Assembly: GCA_001600815.1 (NCBI GenBank)
Contig: BCKZ01000033.1
Span: forward strand, 62,001 to 126,000
DNA from: Alloascoidea hylecoeti
Taxonomy: Eukaryota
Direction of reading: 5' to 3'
Length of the DNA stretch: 64,000 bases
The notes below the pieces were generated by a model, which saw nothing but the letters and a program-made list of their open reading frames with translations, made no database searches and was not told the origin of the DNA. A program made the position numbers and the translations under genes. How positions within the stretch are numbered: position 1 is the stretch's first letter; every line of letters starts with the position of its first letter. Below are positions 34,060 to 46,789 of this stretch, piece by piece.

Positions 34060-34509
34060 AGCAAAACAGACGAAGAGAAAACAGTTTCGGCAAAGGATCA
34101 AGATAATATTTAAGGCTTTAATTTCATTATTGATGATATGCCTTCTAGATGATAGCCTTGATCATGGGGAGATAGACATAGGAGGCCGACGCCTATGATT
34201 AATATTTAACTCAAATTAATTTATAATAAAATACATTGTTAATTGAATTAAATTCAATTGCAACTTGCTGAAAAAAAAAATTGGCTTTTTATATCAAAAT
34301 CTTATAGGATGATTACATTAGTTATAAGTTATAATTAATATAATATTTATAGACTATATGTAGTACGAGGCATACTATTATAAACCATTTATTCATTTTT
34401 TGTAATTGCTATATTAATTGATCGAGAATTAATGTTATCAAAATTCTAATGACTATAAAAGCTAATTACTATGACCGGAGTATGGCGTATATAAAATCTC
34501 TCTACTTTC

Positions 34510-35270
34510 AAGTTAACATTTTAATAGATTATATATTATAGGTAGTCACTAGATTACAAAAATATAAGTTATGGACATTAAATAGTGAGATAAAGAGAAA
34601 CATGAAGAAATGAAAAGCTATATATCACTTATATTGGTATACATGTAGCCTATATCTATAAGTGTTGTGCTAAAGTTTCTGACAAGTCCAGAAAATATTA
34701 TCATAAATCAAGTCTTTTGTGAAAAGTAACAATATGCACGCTTATGCGAAGACCTATTATATATTTAAAGCTTACAATGAACGAACAAACAAGTTCCATT
34801 GCCACCCTTAAACATCTCTTGGAAAACAAAATCAAGATCAAAAAATCAGGTAAGTTCAGGATAGACAAGTCAAAGATGAAAATCCAGCAGTTGGTGACAT
34901 GGAAAGAGGAAAACTTCTTGCGCTCCAGATAAACACAATAACAGGGTAAAGATGAAGAAGAAACCAACTTAGAACTGAAAAAAAAAAAAAAAAGGTACAA
35001 ATATTTTAGGGGAATGTAATAATGCACTAGTAGCGAACCCATACCTTCTGCTCATGTTGGTGGTTGTTTAAAAAAAGACTTTTTTTCAGCTAGCGCTTTT
35101 AGAAGCCTTGGATCTGCCAGAAACTTTGGCACAACATAGGCTGCATTGTAAGTGATATATGTTTATGGTATAGCTTTTCATTTCTTCATGTTTCTCTTTA
35201 TCTCACCATTTAATGTCCATAACTTATATTTTTGGATTCTAGTAACATATAATACTATTAAAATGTTAAC
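34510..35270. repeat. Long inverted repeat (arms about 34510-34692 and 35108-35270), MITE/fold-back-like
   Basis: Core of about 66 nt (caaaaatataagttatggacattaaat[a/g]gtgagataaagagaaacatgaagaaatgaaaagctata) with one mismatch; spacer about 415 bp. Confidence 0.85.
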
Positions 35271-36110
35271 TCAATATATATATACAAACTTTCGTTGCCC
35301 ACACCAAAGTCTTATTTAAAATCGGCTTTGATATGCTATCTATTTCTAAGTACATCAGGGCCTGATTTTGAAAATACATTTATTCAAATTGGGCGTTTAC
35401 TGAGGTAAAGCGTAATTATGATAAAAGTAAATTACATAGTTGGGTTCAGAAAAGCTATTAAGGTTGCAATCGAAAAAAAATCAACATTTCCTTTATTAAA
35501 TTGTTGAATCTGTTAGAATTTACTGAAAATTTAACTGTATCAGAACTTCAAAAACAAAATAAGAAGATTATTGATGTAATCAAAAAAATACATTCTGATA
35601 CCCAGATTGAAAAAAAAATTAATATTTGAGATATTAAATATATACCTAAATGAATATTGCTACATGCTATCTATATTAGATATGAAGCATATAAGATTGT
35701 ACTTGTTTATACTACCTGAAAGAGCATCCGTAACCGATTATGTGTTTTTTGGAATTCAACCTTTGCATACCTATATCAAAGATGCTTTAAAAAAATTATT
35801 GACAAAAAATACCAGATTACCGATAATTCCCAGGAGATGTAAAATGTGAGTTGAGATTCTTGTTAACTTTAACTAACTATTATGGCAATCTGGTCGAAAA
35901 AGAATAATTTATATTATACGTTATACTAAAACCCCCAAATACCATGATAATATTATAAAACAAATAGAAGAAAGAAAGAAAAAAAATATTGGGGATACCA
36001 TACACATATTATATAGTTAATGTTATTAGATAAATGTTATATAGTAATAATATGAAGATTGTACTATCTAATTTTAAAATGCACTGCAATTTTTTATTGT
36101 TTTAGAGATT

Positions 36111-38048
36111 CTAAATGGTATTATTTTGCAATTGATTTAAAAGTTCAGTTTGTTCATAAGATAAACGCTTTGAATGTTTATATTTTCCATTTGTTGATTT
36201 TAATGATGGTGGTTTTGTTAAATCATTGTTTAACGGAGGAGAAAAAGATTTTAAACGATGATGCTTTTTATAGTCTTGATTAGAATTAGTGTTGTTATCA
36301 TTTGTATGATTTATTTTGTTCCTTGATTTTAAAGAAGTTGTTCTTGTTTTTGAAATCGGCGAAGAAAGTGCTATTCTATTACTAATTTTACTAGAAATTT
36401 TCTTTGCGATTTGAATTGGACTTTTTTTAGTAATCTTAATATATTCATCAGTTTGTGAAGGTAATCCAGAGTTAGAAGATGAATTTGAATAGCTTTTTGA
36501 AAGATTATAACTAAAGCTTCCAGGTGATAAATTTAAAGGACTTGGTTGACCTTGAACACTTAATCCGTTAAACCCCGTTAAAATGGAAGGAATGTTGGGT
36601 CTTGAGGAAGACATGATTTTAGGAGAACCAAAAGAGATGTATTCACCTTCCCGATCATTTATTATACTAGGGAATGAAGCATCAGTATGCTTTTTCTGTT
36701 GTGGGGGCGAAGGCACACGATTATTGATATCATCACTAGTGTATCTGGATAATTTTTTCTTTCTGTGACTTTGATTTGGGGTATTTTTCATAACAGAAGA
36801 TAATAAAGGAGTATTTTCGGTATCAGTTGACAAATTATTATGAGATAAATGATCATTGTTAGAAGATTTTGAAGAAAAGAAAAAAGAATTAGAATCAGGA
36901 GTAGGTATATTGTTATTATTATTGTTATGATCAATAGAACTTTTTGAATCAAGTCTCCAAGATAAACAGAGCACGCCAATAATGATCAGCAAAGTGCCGA
37001 ATGCAATTATCATTGCTTGTTTGTTAGAAAGAGATCCCCATTGATTAAAATAAATTAATCCGTTAAAAATATTAATAATATTATAAGTACAAAATACCAA
37101 AGGATAAAGAATACTAGTTGAAGTTAATTCCAGACCTCTATTTAAAAAATATAATTGAGAAATAGCAAAAGTTAAGAAGGCGAGAACGATGAAATAGGTT
37201 TCCCAATGGTGTAGATCTTTGGATGATTTCGATAATATGGCTGTCACTAATATATCAACAGCTGATTTTGCCATTAAAAGAGAATGTGCGGATAAAATCC
37301 CACTAATTAGGCCATAAAGCAGTCCTTTGATAAGAGTTAAATTTATTCTTGAGTTTATTGTGTTAAATTTTTCTTTTATAGCAAGAGACAGTTTGAGGTG
37401 GTATGGTTGTGACTCCAGACAATCGGTAAAAGTGTAGAGAGTATTATAATCGTTATCGTCCGGGGTTATACTCAAAGAAGTTGTGACAGGTCTATTAGTC
37501 AATTGCAAGACGTTTGTGAGTAAGATTAGTAGCCGCAGTAGTAGAATCAAGACAAATGATACAATCATCCAGAGAATAAAATTCGGCCGTTTGAGTAACT
37601 GTACCAATTCAGGCAGGGTGTGATTTGGTTCTGGGATGGCTCCGAAAAAGGCAATGAATAGGGCCCCGAGGGACACAAAGATAGTCCCTGCCAGCGACCA
37701 GTTGGAGAAGGCCTCATGAAGAATCAGGGTGGCAAATATGGAGTTGAAGACTAAGCCAATAGCCTGTAGTGATGACAGGATGACCAAAGGTAAGGTGGTT
37801 ATTTGGACAGAGGATCCAAAGACGTTCGCCAGCAGGAATAGAAGCAGGCCCACCCGCCACAGATGCTTGCGGTGCTGCTGCTGTTGTTCCTCCAGAACGT
37901 ACCACTTGCGTTGCAGTGTCAGTCCCACAGACTGTGTGGCGGACGATAGAATGCCGCATATACAGCCGATCGCAATGGCCTTTGTTCCGGCCATTTTGTA
38001 TATTGAGGCTGTAGGTGGTTTCATTTTGGAGGTTTGTCTCATATGCAT
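36111..38048 (-). CDS. NIPA-family (Mg2+ transporter-like) membrane protein
   Basis: QSVGLTLQRK, LWRVGLLLFLLANVFGSSVQITTLPLVILSSLQAIGLVFNS, QLYFLNRGL...TSILYPLVFCTYN. True start is probably one of the downstream ATGs (e.g. MAGTKAIAIG). Confidence 0.85.
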   Translation of the reverse strand: MHMRQTSKMKPPTASIYKMAGTKAIAIGCICGILSSATQSVGLTLQRKWYVLEEQQQQHRKHLWRVGLLLFLLANVFGSSVQITTLPLVILSSLQAIGLVFNSIFATLILHEAFSNWSLAGTIFVSLGALFIAFFGAIPEPNHTLPELVQLLKRPNFILWMIVSFVLILLLRLLILLTNVLQLTNRPVTTSLSITPDDNDYNTLYTFTDCLESQPYHLKLSLAIKEKFNTINSRINLTLIKGLLYGLISGILSAHSLLMAKSAVDILVTAILSKSSKDLHHWETYFIVLAFLTFAISQLYFLNRGLELTSTSILYPLVFCTYNIINIFNGLIYFNQWGSLSNKQAMIIAFGTLLIIIGVLCLSWRLDSKSSIDHNNNNNNIPTPDSNSFFFSSKSSNNDHLSHNNLSTDTENTPLLSSVMKNTPNQSHRKKKLSRYTSDDINNRVPSPPQQKKHTDASFPSIINDREGEYISFGSPKIMSSSRPNIPSILTGFNGLSVQGQPSPLNLSPGSFSYNLSKSYSNSSSNSGLPSQTDEYIKITKKSPIQIAKKISSKISNRIALSSPISKTRTTSLKSRNKINHTNDNNTNSNQDYKKHHRLKSFSPPLNNDLTKPPSLKSTNGKYKHSKRLSYEQTELLNQLQNNTI

Positions 38049-38204
38049 AGGGTATAGCCCTATACTATATTATCCAAACATGGAAACAAATGTCACAAAT
38101 AGATGCCAGCGTATATCTCATACCACTACCTGCCGAAACATTCAATCATTAATATTCTCTGACCAAATATCCATCTGCCATATCCTTCGACAAGTCAAAT
38201 CAAA

Positions 38205-38907
38205 AGTACGTATCAAATTCATCAAAACCATCTCTGCTATGTATTGTTCAGTTAATAGGAGAATCAACTAAGTGATGGATTGAACTATTTTTGTTATCAG
38301 CAATTGCCAAAACATTACAAAATCTGTTTTCTTCTAATAACTGATTTTTATTCATATATCGTAATATCTAACAAATTGATAATTTTTAGTGGGTCGTCTT
38401 AATGAATATCAAGTTATCGGACGTAAGCTCCCAACTGAGTCCGTCCCAACACCAAAGCTTTTCAGAATGAGAATCTTTGCTCCAAATGACGTTGTTGCCA
38501 AATCTCGTTACTGGTACTTTTTACAAAAGTTACACAAGGTCAAGAAGGCTTCCGGTGAAATTGTTGCCGTTAATTTAATTTCTGAAGCAAAAGCAACAAA
38601 GGTTAAGAACTTTGGTATTTGGATTCGTTACGATTCTCGTTCAGGTACCCACAACATGTACAAAGAATACCGTGATGTTTCTCGTGTTGGAGCTGTTGAA
38701 AGTTTATATCAAGATTTGGCAGCCAGACACCGTGCTAGATTTAGAAGTATCCACATTTTAAAGGTTGTTGAATTGGAAAAGACCGCTGATGTTAAACGTC
38801 AATATATCAAACAATATTTGACACCAGATTTGAAATTCCCTCTCCCTCACCGTGTCAATAAATCAAAGAATTTGTATGCCTCAAAGAGACCAACCACTTT
38901 CTACTAA
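38205..38907 (+). CDS. RPL20: 60S ribosomal protein eL20; start codon split A|TG by intron 38206-38389
   Basis: [11 protein letters not shown]...[21 protein letters not shown]...[14 protein letters not shown]. Intron GTACGT...TCTAAC...TAG. Confidence 0.95.
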
Positions 38908-39257
38908 ATTGTTTGTCAAAAGATTTATATTTAGTTGATAATTTATTAATATTATTACATTATGTATTTACAAACAATTAATTTAGAATATCATATCATA
39001 CAAGAATGGTTCATTCATACAAATTACTTATCATAATTATAATATTGTACAAGCAATTAATTTTAAATATCAGTTCATCCCAGAAATCCAATTTATCATA
39101 ATATAATACTAGTGCTATAGATATCAATTCTATGATGTAATTGTAGATTCATTCAATAATATCAAATAGTATCCATGGTTAAAAAGAAATTTATGTTTAT
39201 TAAAAAATAAGTAGTCATAATGCATTATATAAATAAAAATCTAAAGTAATTATATAA

Positions 39258-39713
39258 TTACTTTTCAAAATCCTTCAAAAGATTGGTTAACCCCTCTTCA
39301 TCCGTAGCAATATGTCCATCATCCCATTCAACAACAAGAGGTTTTGATATCACTCTTGATAATGTAGAATACTGTTCCTCAGTCACAAACGGAGTTCTTT
39401 TAACGTCATCTAACATAACCCATGGATAAACTTCCTTTAGTTTTTTATATTGTTTATCATGAAGCAAAGTTTGAAATATCAAATGAGCCTCTTCATATGA
39501 CGGTCTTTTATCTGACACCTGTAAATGAAAACTCGGCTTCTGAGAATGTGACTGGAGTTTCAGCTGTTTCAACAGAGCACAAGAAAGAGGTTTCTTGGAA
39601 GTGTGGCTTATATAATCATTAGATAATAGAATCGTAGGATATATTCTCGTGCAGGCAACTTACAAAATAGTAACAACAGAAGGGTTGGCGGTGATGTTTC
39701 TTAGCAAAGACAT
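39258..39713 (-). CDS. FMP46: Fmp46/DUF1687-like mitochondrial thioredoxin-fold protein, 2 exons (39713-39664, 39606-39258)
   Basis: Spliced product MSLLRNITANPSVVTIFHTSKKPLSCALL...KRPSYEE...KPLVVEWDDG. 57-nt intron GTAAGT...TCTAAT...AAG restores frame. Confidence 0.65.
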
Positions 39714-39967
39714 GTTTTGATGGAGTAAAAGAAGGGCATTGAAGCTCTTTTTATACTACAATAATCCATCAATCCGTGGAATCCGCCAAAATTGCGAAAC
39801 GCGCGACCATGAAGGTGGGGTTTCTGAAAATTTGTGGCATCACTTTTCCTTCAAACCCCTCCAAACATTATAATTATCACACGAGAATCACGTGATGCAT
39901 TACACCCAGACTCCGACAGTCAAACCTTCTCGATTACAAACAGATTCATCACGAGTCACGACAAATC

Positions 39968-41341
39968 ATGTCTTCTCCGTTTAAACCGCCGCAACCAATC
40001 TCAGGCCTGGATAGCTTATCCAACTTCACGGCAATCTCGGGGCCTCAGCATTCTATCGACTTCTCAGTCCAGATAAACCCTTATACAATCATTTTAAAAG
40101 ATGGTGAAACGACAGCCACGGTTTATCCCATCTCTGAATTGTCTCAAGTTCCTACGGCTCTCCAGGAATTTTTATGCGATGAATTCAACATGGAGGTTGA
40201 GAAAGGTGACACGTTCCCGTTTTATGATGTCCTCCATATTGAAACTTTTCGCAATTATTGGTTCAGTTCTTTCGCTGGTGTTATGATTATCGGTCAAGCT
40301 TCTTCTCTTTCGGAAAATGAAGAAGAAAGACAATGGGAAAAGGAATGTCTTGGTGCTTTTAGTATCAAACCAAACTACCCAGGAAGATCTTCTCATGTTT
40401 GTACTGCCAATTTCTTGGTAAATGCCGGTATTAGAGATAAAGGAATTGGTAAAACTCTTGTTGAATGTTTCTTAGATTGGTCTCCAAGACTTGGTTATAC
40501 ATCTTGTGTTTTTAATCTAATATTTGAAACTAATATTAGAATGCGTCATATATTAGATTATTTCAATTTTAAAAGAATCGGAAAAATTAGAAACGCGTGT
40601 TTTTTAAAAGATTTTGATAAACCAGCTGATGCTTTTATTTATGGTAGAGATTTAATACAAAATATTGATAATAGTAATTCTGGTGACATGAGATTTGATA
40701 AGATTAAATTTTATTTGGAATCTGGTAGATATCCTCCTCTTGCTGATAGACAAGAAAAATCAAGACTTCGTTCTTCTGCTGCTCATTATAGATTAGAAAA
40801 TGGTATTTTAATGCTTAAAAATAGAGAAGTTGTTAGTGATCCAAATCGTCAATTACAAATTGCTACTGAATATCATTTATTAACTCATGCCGGTATAAAT
40901 AAAACAACTATGGCTCTAACTGAACGTTATCATTGGAATAGAATTAAGGATACAGTAGCTGAAGCTATAAGAAATTGTCAAGAGTGTCGTGAAACAACTA
41001 CCAAAAATTCTTCTTCTAGTAAAAATTCTCATGTTACTTCATCAAATATTGATAAACGACAGTCTCAAAATATTTATCATAATAATTTAGATCTTCATTC
41101 ATATTCTGAAAATTCGGTTAATTCACACCCAATTAAACAAGATGATTCAATGGGTGATGTTGCTTCTCATTTACAACAACATGTTTCAAATTCTGATGAA
41201 GTTGAAATCCCTGTTGATCCAGAAGTTTTTGAACGAAGAATTCGTGTACAAGAAGAAGGAAATGAAGGTGATGTTGAATCTGTTGAAATCGCAAGAGCTT
41301 TAATGCAAGCAAATGAAAATGATGGACATTATGATCATTAA
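39968..41341 (+). CDS. SPT10: Spt10 histone-gene regulator (GNAT plus H2C2 zinc finger)
   Basis: LKDGETTATVYP, EFNMEVEKGDTFP, IKPNYPGRSSHVC, HLLTHAGINKT...RYHW...CQEC. Confidence 0.92.
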   Translation: MSSPFKPPQPISGLDSLSNFTAISGPQHSIDFSVQINPYTIILKDGETTATVYPISELSQVPTALQEFLCDEFNMEVEKGDTFPFYDVLHIETFRNYWFSSFAGVMIIGQASSLSENEEERQWEKECLGAFSIKPNYPGRSSHVCTANFLVNAGIRDKGIGKTLVECFLDWSPRLGYTSCVFNLIFETNIRMRHILDYFNFKRIGKIRNACFLKDFDKPADAFIYGRDLIQNIDNSNSGDMRFDKIKFYLESGRYPPLADRQEKSRLRSSAAHYRLENGILMLKNREVVSDPNRQLQIATEYHLLTHAGINKTTMALTERYHWNRIKDTVAEAIRNCQECRETTTKNSSSSKNSHVTSSNIDKRQSQNIYHNNLDLHSYSENSVNSHPIKQDDSMGDVASHLQQHVSNSDEVEIPVDPEVFERRIRVQEEGNEGDVESVEIARALMQANENDGHYDH

Positions 41342-42123
41342 AATAGGTTTATATTTTTGCATAATGTTGTTTATAATCTTTCTGTATTTGGTGGGTTTTT
41401 GTATATTATCTTTAGTCCTTCGTCGATGTTCAATGAATTCAAAATTGTAATAATATAAATATAATTTATTCTGTTTACTTTGAATTAATATATCAAGTCT
41501 ATAAAGCAATATTATAGATGGCGATCGACATAATATAAATTGACAACTAGACGACATAAGAAAAAACGATTGATACATCATAAGTAAATTTAAAGCCTTG
41601 TTTATATTATATGGGTATAGCTATTATATGGTCTAATGATATAGCAATGAACCTATTATGCTTAAGCTTCGTATAGAAGTCATGAGTGAATTATTATTGA
41701 TCACCATATTCGTATTTCTTCATTGAGCTATCTACATACATAAACGAGACATTTACGAATAATTATCGTAAATTTTGAAAACGGCATAAATAGTTCTGTC
41801 AATATAAATAGAAATTATTGTGAAAAATATACGTAGTTAGTTATATTAACAAATAAAAATTATTGTATTGACCGTATCTCAATAAATTTCCAATATCCTG
41901 AGTAAATTGTAGCACTAATAATAAATTAAATTAAAGCTGATTCATTGTGGTCTACTTAATCTCTATCACAATTTAAAATATTTTTTTTTCTCAACGCTCA
42001 ATATTCCAATATCTACTACTCTCATTATTATTATAAATGTTTAAATAACATATAATATCTAACATCATTATAATTCTTAAAGTTGGATTTTGCTATAGTT
42101 AATATTTGAATTGCTGAGGGATT

Positions 42124-45100
42124 ATGAATAATAATAATACATCACTAACAATGGACACATATGCCTCAGAAAACAAAAAATCCTTTAAAAGGAGAGTTAA
42201 AAAAATTCTCGTTAAACTAAGCAATAAATTTCACAAGTTCGCTCTTGAAAAAGTATTTCCTTCATTCATTACCTTCCATTGTAAGTTTTTCACCTTTATA
42301 ACTATGGCTTTAAAGTTTTAACATTACATCATAGATGTTTACATTATAGGATCCACAATCATTGGATCTATTTTATTATATCCAGTCAACAATATGAAAT
42401 ACATTGATTGCTTATTTTTTGCTGCTGGTGCATCAACTCAAGCTGGATTAAATACGTAAGTCGGATCTTCGGTTGTTCAGCTGTAAACTAATGTTGCTAA
42501 CACACCATTCTAAGGGTTGATATAAATAAAACCTCATTATGGCAACAGATGGTATTTTATATGGTCTGTATGTGTTGTACTCCAATCTTCATTCACACTG
42601 GTGTTGTTCTGATGAGGTTATACATGTTTGAAAAACATTTTGAAAATATTAAAGAAAAGTCTCTTTTACAGCATAAGATGAGGCGTACGGCTACATTAGC
42701 TGCTAGAACAATGTCTCAACAAAACGATAGAGGATTTGAAACTGCAGTTACTGAAAGTTCGATCGGGATAATAAAACATAAAAGAAGAGTTCCTTCAACT
42801 GATAATCAACAGGATGCAAATGAAACGCATGTGGATCATCATTCTAGTTTGCAATCAAAAAACGAGGATGAATACAATTTTCCCAGACATGACAAAGACA
42901 TAAAATTTGGGGATTTGCCTAATCCTAAAAGACACAATAAAGATATTGATCCAAGAGATATGCTTCGGTCAATTAGTATGATGCAACAAAATAGAAGACC
43001 TAGTGTTGATCAAGATGGACCTGCATTAGTTATTAGAGGACCACAAGAACAAGAAAATGAACAAAATGAAAACACTGATATCATCCCACCTAGACCTCCA
43101 TTACTTACTCGACAAAGTACAGTAATGTTTAATACAGATACCGAACGGATAAGAACGTTAACCGAAACTCCACGGAGAAAGTCACGCTTAAGATCTTTCG
43201 CAAATATAGAAACAAGATTATCAAGGGCAAACTATTCCTCTGATGACGATGATGATGAAGATGAAGACGAGGATATGATTAATAAGGTTAAAAGAGTCCA
43301 GTCTAACCTTGCATTACCATCAAAAGATCAAACTGGTGGATTTAAATTCAGCAAACGTTCCAACACTATTGAAGGAAACACAACTTCACATAAATCTAGT
43401 AAATCATTTAGAAAAAGATTAAAAGAGACACCTACATTTGATCGGATGAGAAATAGAGTACGCAAAAATTCCAGACGTCGATCATCATCATTTGGTGCTA
43501 ACAGCATAGCCTCTAATTCATCTCTGGATAGAAATCTTCTTAGTAGGCAAATGAGTACAAATTACTTATCATGGAATCCCACAATCGGTCGTAACTCAAC
43601 CTTCTATGATTTATCAGAAATACAGAAAGAAGAACTAGGTGGTGTTGAATATCGAGCAGTCAAACTATTAGCCAAACTTTTGTTGGTGTATTATGTTGGC
43701 TTCCACGTATTAGCTGTAGTTTGTTTTGTACCCTGGATTATTAGTAAGAAGCATTATAAAGAGTACGTGGATTCTACTGGTGTATCTTCTGTTTGGTGGG
43801 GCTTCTTCACTCCGATGTCATCATTTAATGATTTGGGATTTACTTTAACACCAGACTCCATGAGTTCCTTTAATAAAACTGCTTTTGTCTTGATCATCAG
43901 TGGGTTTCTCATTGTTATTGGTAATACAGGATTTCCATGTTTCTTACGGTTCATAATATGGTTACTTTTTAAAATAACACCTGATTTATCTCAGCTAAAA
44001 GAAAGTTTGGGATTCTTATTAGATCACCCAAGACGATGTTTCACTTTGCTTTTCCCTTCAAATGCCACTTGGTGGCTCTTCTTTATCTTGATTATTTTGA
44101 ATGGAATTGATTTGATTTTGTTTGTGATTTTAGATCTTCATAATGAAGTATTAAAACCGGTCCCAGTTGGATATAGAGTACTTGATGGATTGTTTCAGGC
44201 AATTTCTACTAGAACTGCTGGATTTGCTGTGGTTGATCTATCTAAGTTACATCCAGCTATTCAGGTGAGTTATATGTTAATGATGTATGTCTCTGTTATG
44301 CCATTGGCCATTAGTATTAGGAGAACCAATGTTTATGAAGAACAATCATTAGGAGTCTACCAAAGTGCTGAAGAGCATATAGTTGATTCATCTACACAAA
44401 CGAAAAAGTTTATTGCATCACATTTGCGAAGACAACTTTCTTTCGATTTATGGTACGTTTTTCTAGGCCTATTTATTATTTGTCTAGCAGATGGAGGGAA
44501 AATTAAAGATGCTGGACAACCAAATTTCAATGTCTTTCAGGTCCTATTTGAAATTGTTAGCGCATATGGAACTGTTGGACTAAGTTTAGGATATCCACAA
44601 ACAAATACTTCATTTTCTGGACAGTTTTCTGTGATTTCTAAATTGGTGATAATTGCAATGATGATACGGGGAAGGCATCGTGGTTTACCCTATTCTTTGG
44701 ATCGAGCCATCATGTTACCAAGCAAAAAAATGAAACTTCGGGATGAAGTCCAAGCGTTACAAGCAATGAAAAGAACTCAAACAGCAGTTACTGAATATGA
44801 AACTCAGCCAACAAATGATGGAATCCGCACGTCTGAAGAAGATGAAAGTAAACGAAGGAAAAGTCATTCAAATGTTATTAATAAAGGTGCTAGAACTCTG
44901 TTGAAACATTGTGTAAACGCTTTAACAGTTGGAGGAAAAGGCACATCCCTAAAAAAGTATCACACAATGGCAGCAGACCCTATGGTTATTGATACAGAAA
45001 CTTCGTTTAATTCTAATGCGAACGGCGTTAATACATTTGATACCTATAACATATCTCATCAACAAAAACAAACTACACTTTCTCCAATTATTGGCTCTTT

Positions 45101-45329
45101 ACTTCCTCGATCACCATCAGATATCCATCATTTACATTTTTTATCAGAAGCAGCAGAAGGTTCTTCGTCATCTAATGATGCCTACGTGACAAAAGATTTA
45201 ATTACACCAATTAAGGAAAGGGAGAGTTCAAGAGACCAGAATGTATTAGATTTGTCTGATGACCCTAAACTCAAAGATGAATATTCAACCAACGTCAGTA
45301 GCATTAATGGGAAAGGGAAAATGATTTAA
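42124..45329 (+). CDS. TRK1: Trk-family K+ transporter, 3 exons (42124-42280, 42335-42455, 42515-45329)
   Basis: Spliced FITFHYVYII...YIDCLFFAAGASTQAGLNTVD; ELGGVEYRA, SSFNDLGFTLTPDSM, STRTAGF, SAYGTVGLSLG, RGRHRGLP. Introns of 54 and 59 nt. Confidence 0.93.
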
Positions 45330-45839
45330 TTTTGATAAAAATATATAAATACATATACCCATATATACCAGTAATTATTTATAATTTATAATGTTAACGA
45401 TGTTGAATTTAATATTAATTAAAGAATATAAATTTTGTACAGTACTTTGCGTTAATAACGACTACTTGTTGACCTTATATTCGCCTACAGTTCATATTAA
45501 TAATTTAACCTCACGATATGATAATATTCAACCGCATGACACAATAAATATTAGACTTCATATTGCACAAACTATTCGGCTACTCTTTGAATTAGATATC
45601 CGACCATATTATTCATAAAAATTCGACCACTTCTTGAATAAAATATCGACCATGCCGACTAAAATAACCGGGCCTATAAGCCTTATATTTATAAACGAAA
45701 TACTTGCTGATCCTGTACCCTAGGGCCTGGTATTTACACACTGATTACAATTCTTTTTGCAAAGATTTACAGTTAAATCCACTAACATGGCAGCAGGTAT
45801 ATACCTATCCATTATTAATCTAAATTATGTTTACCTAAT

Positions 45840-46535
45840 GCTAAAAGCACTAGACAAACAAATTTCTAATAATGATGGATGAGTCTTTGGAGTAACAGTT
45901 GCTAAAATATCAGGTAATCCACGAATTTAAGTTTTCCTATATGGTTGATGAATTTTATCTTGGATTTCTGGGAAAATTAGTGATTGAACTGGTGGTGACT
46001 GGTGATCTTTTTAAAGCAGTTATTAAAGCAGCTAATCTTTATAAATTAAAAATCATATCCTTTGCTGTAGAAGCACTGAGCAGTTGGTAAAACACTTCTT
46101 GCTGTTGCTGTTGCGACTTTCAAATCTGTAATTATAACAATACATCCGACCTATTTTGCCCAACTATATTTAATATGTGAACCGATATCTTTTGGTAGTT
46201 ATGGGAGCAAATATGCTTCAATACCACCGGTAAAACTTCAGAAAATGGAATTTCTTTTCTTTCTCAATCAGCACAGCACTTAATTCTCTTAAATAATAAC
46301 CTACAAAATAGTACAAATCCACCAATCTTAGTAGCAGTGATAATATCAGGATGTCTTTCAATTATAAGACAATAATCTAATCCATTTTTCGTTTTAAATA
46401 ACCAAGATTTTCAATTGGATCTTTTGGAATAACACCAGCAACAGCAGCTGCTCCAGAAGATCCAAGTCCTCTCCTCTACCTAAAGGAATTGGAATAACAA
46501 CATGAATTTTTGTACCAACTGAGAATGAAGTAATA
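45840..46535 (-). pseudogene. THR1: Homoserine kinase pseudogene fragment
   Basis: Frame-broken minus strand: GTKIHV..PIPLGRG/LGSSGAAAVAGV, LDYCLIIERHPD, ARSVLP, MIFNL*RLA, QDKIHQPYRKT*IRGLPDIL..VTPKTHP.LL.ICLS. Confidence 0.88.
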
Positions 46536-46789
46536 CCGATCTCTTGCCGAAGAGTACATTTAAACAGCCCAATAGCCTATAATAATTTAATTGATTTTCA
46601 TCTACCATCATACCTTAGGATTCAATGCTCCAATATTTTATATAAACTCCGCAAGACGAATAGAACCCACACACCTCTGCGGGGATTATCAGAGGAATTC
46701 TACCCCACTGTAGGCATGATGGTAGATTATAATCAATTAAATTACTATAGGCTTTCACAAGGTACTCTTCAGAAAGAGGAGAAATCGGT
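46535..46789. repeat. Inverted repeat (arms about 46535-46618 and 46710-46789)
   Basis: atgatggtagat..aatcaattaaatta.tataggct...gtactcttc occurs on + at about 46716-46770 and as the reverse complement at about 46549-46612. Confidence 0.75.

Noticed and set aside
37729..38271. 180-aa plus-strand ORF
   Set aside because: Antisense shadow of the GC-rich NIPA 5' end, running into the RPL20 intron.
38270..38345. Intronic box C/D snoRNA in RPL20
   Set aside because: Box C is imperfect (GTGATGG), and I could not identify an rRNA guide or convincing terminal stem; needs a snoscan/Rfam run.
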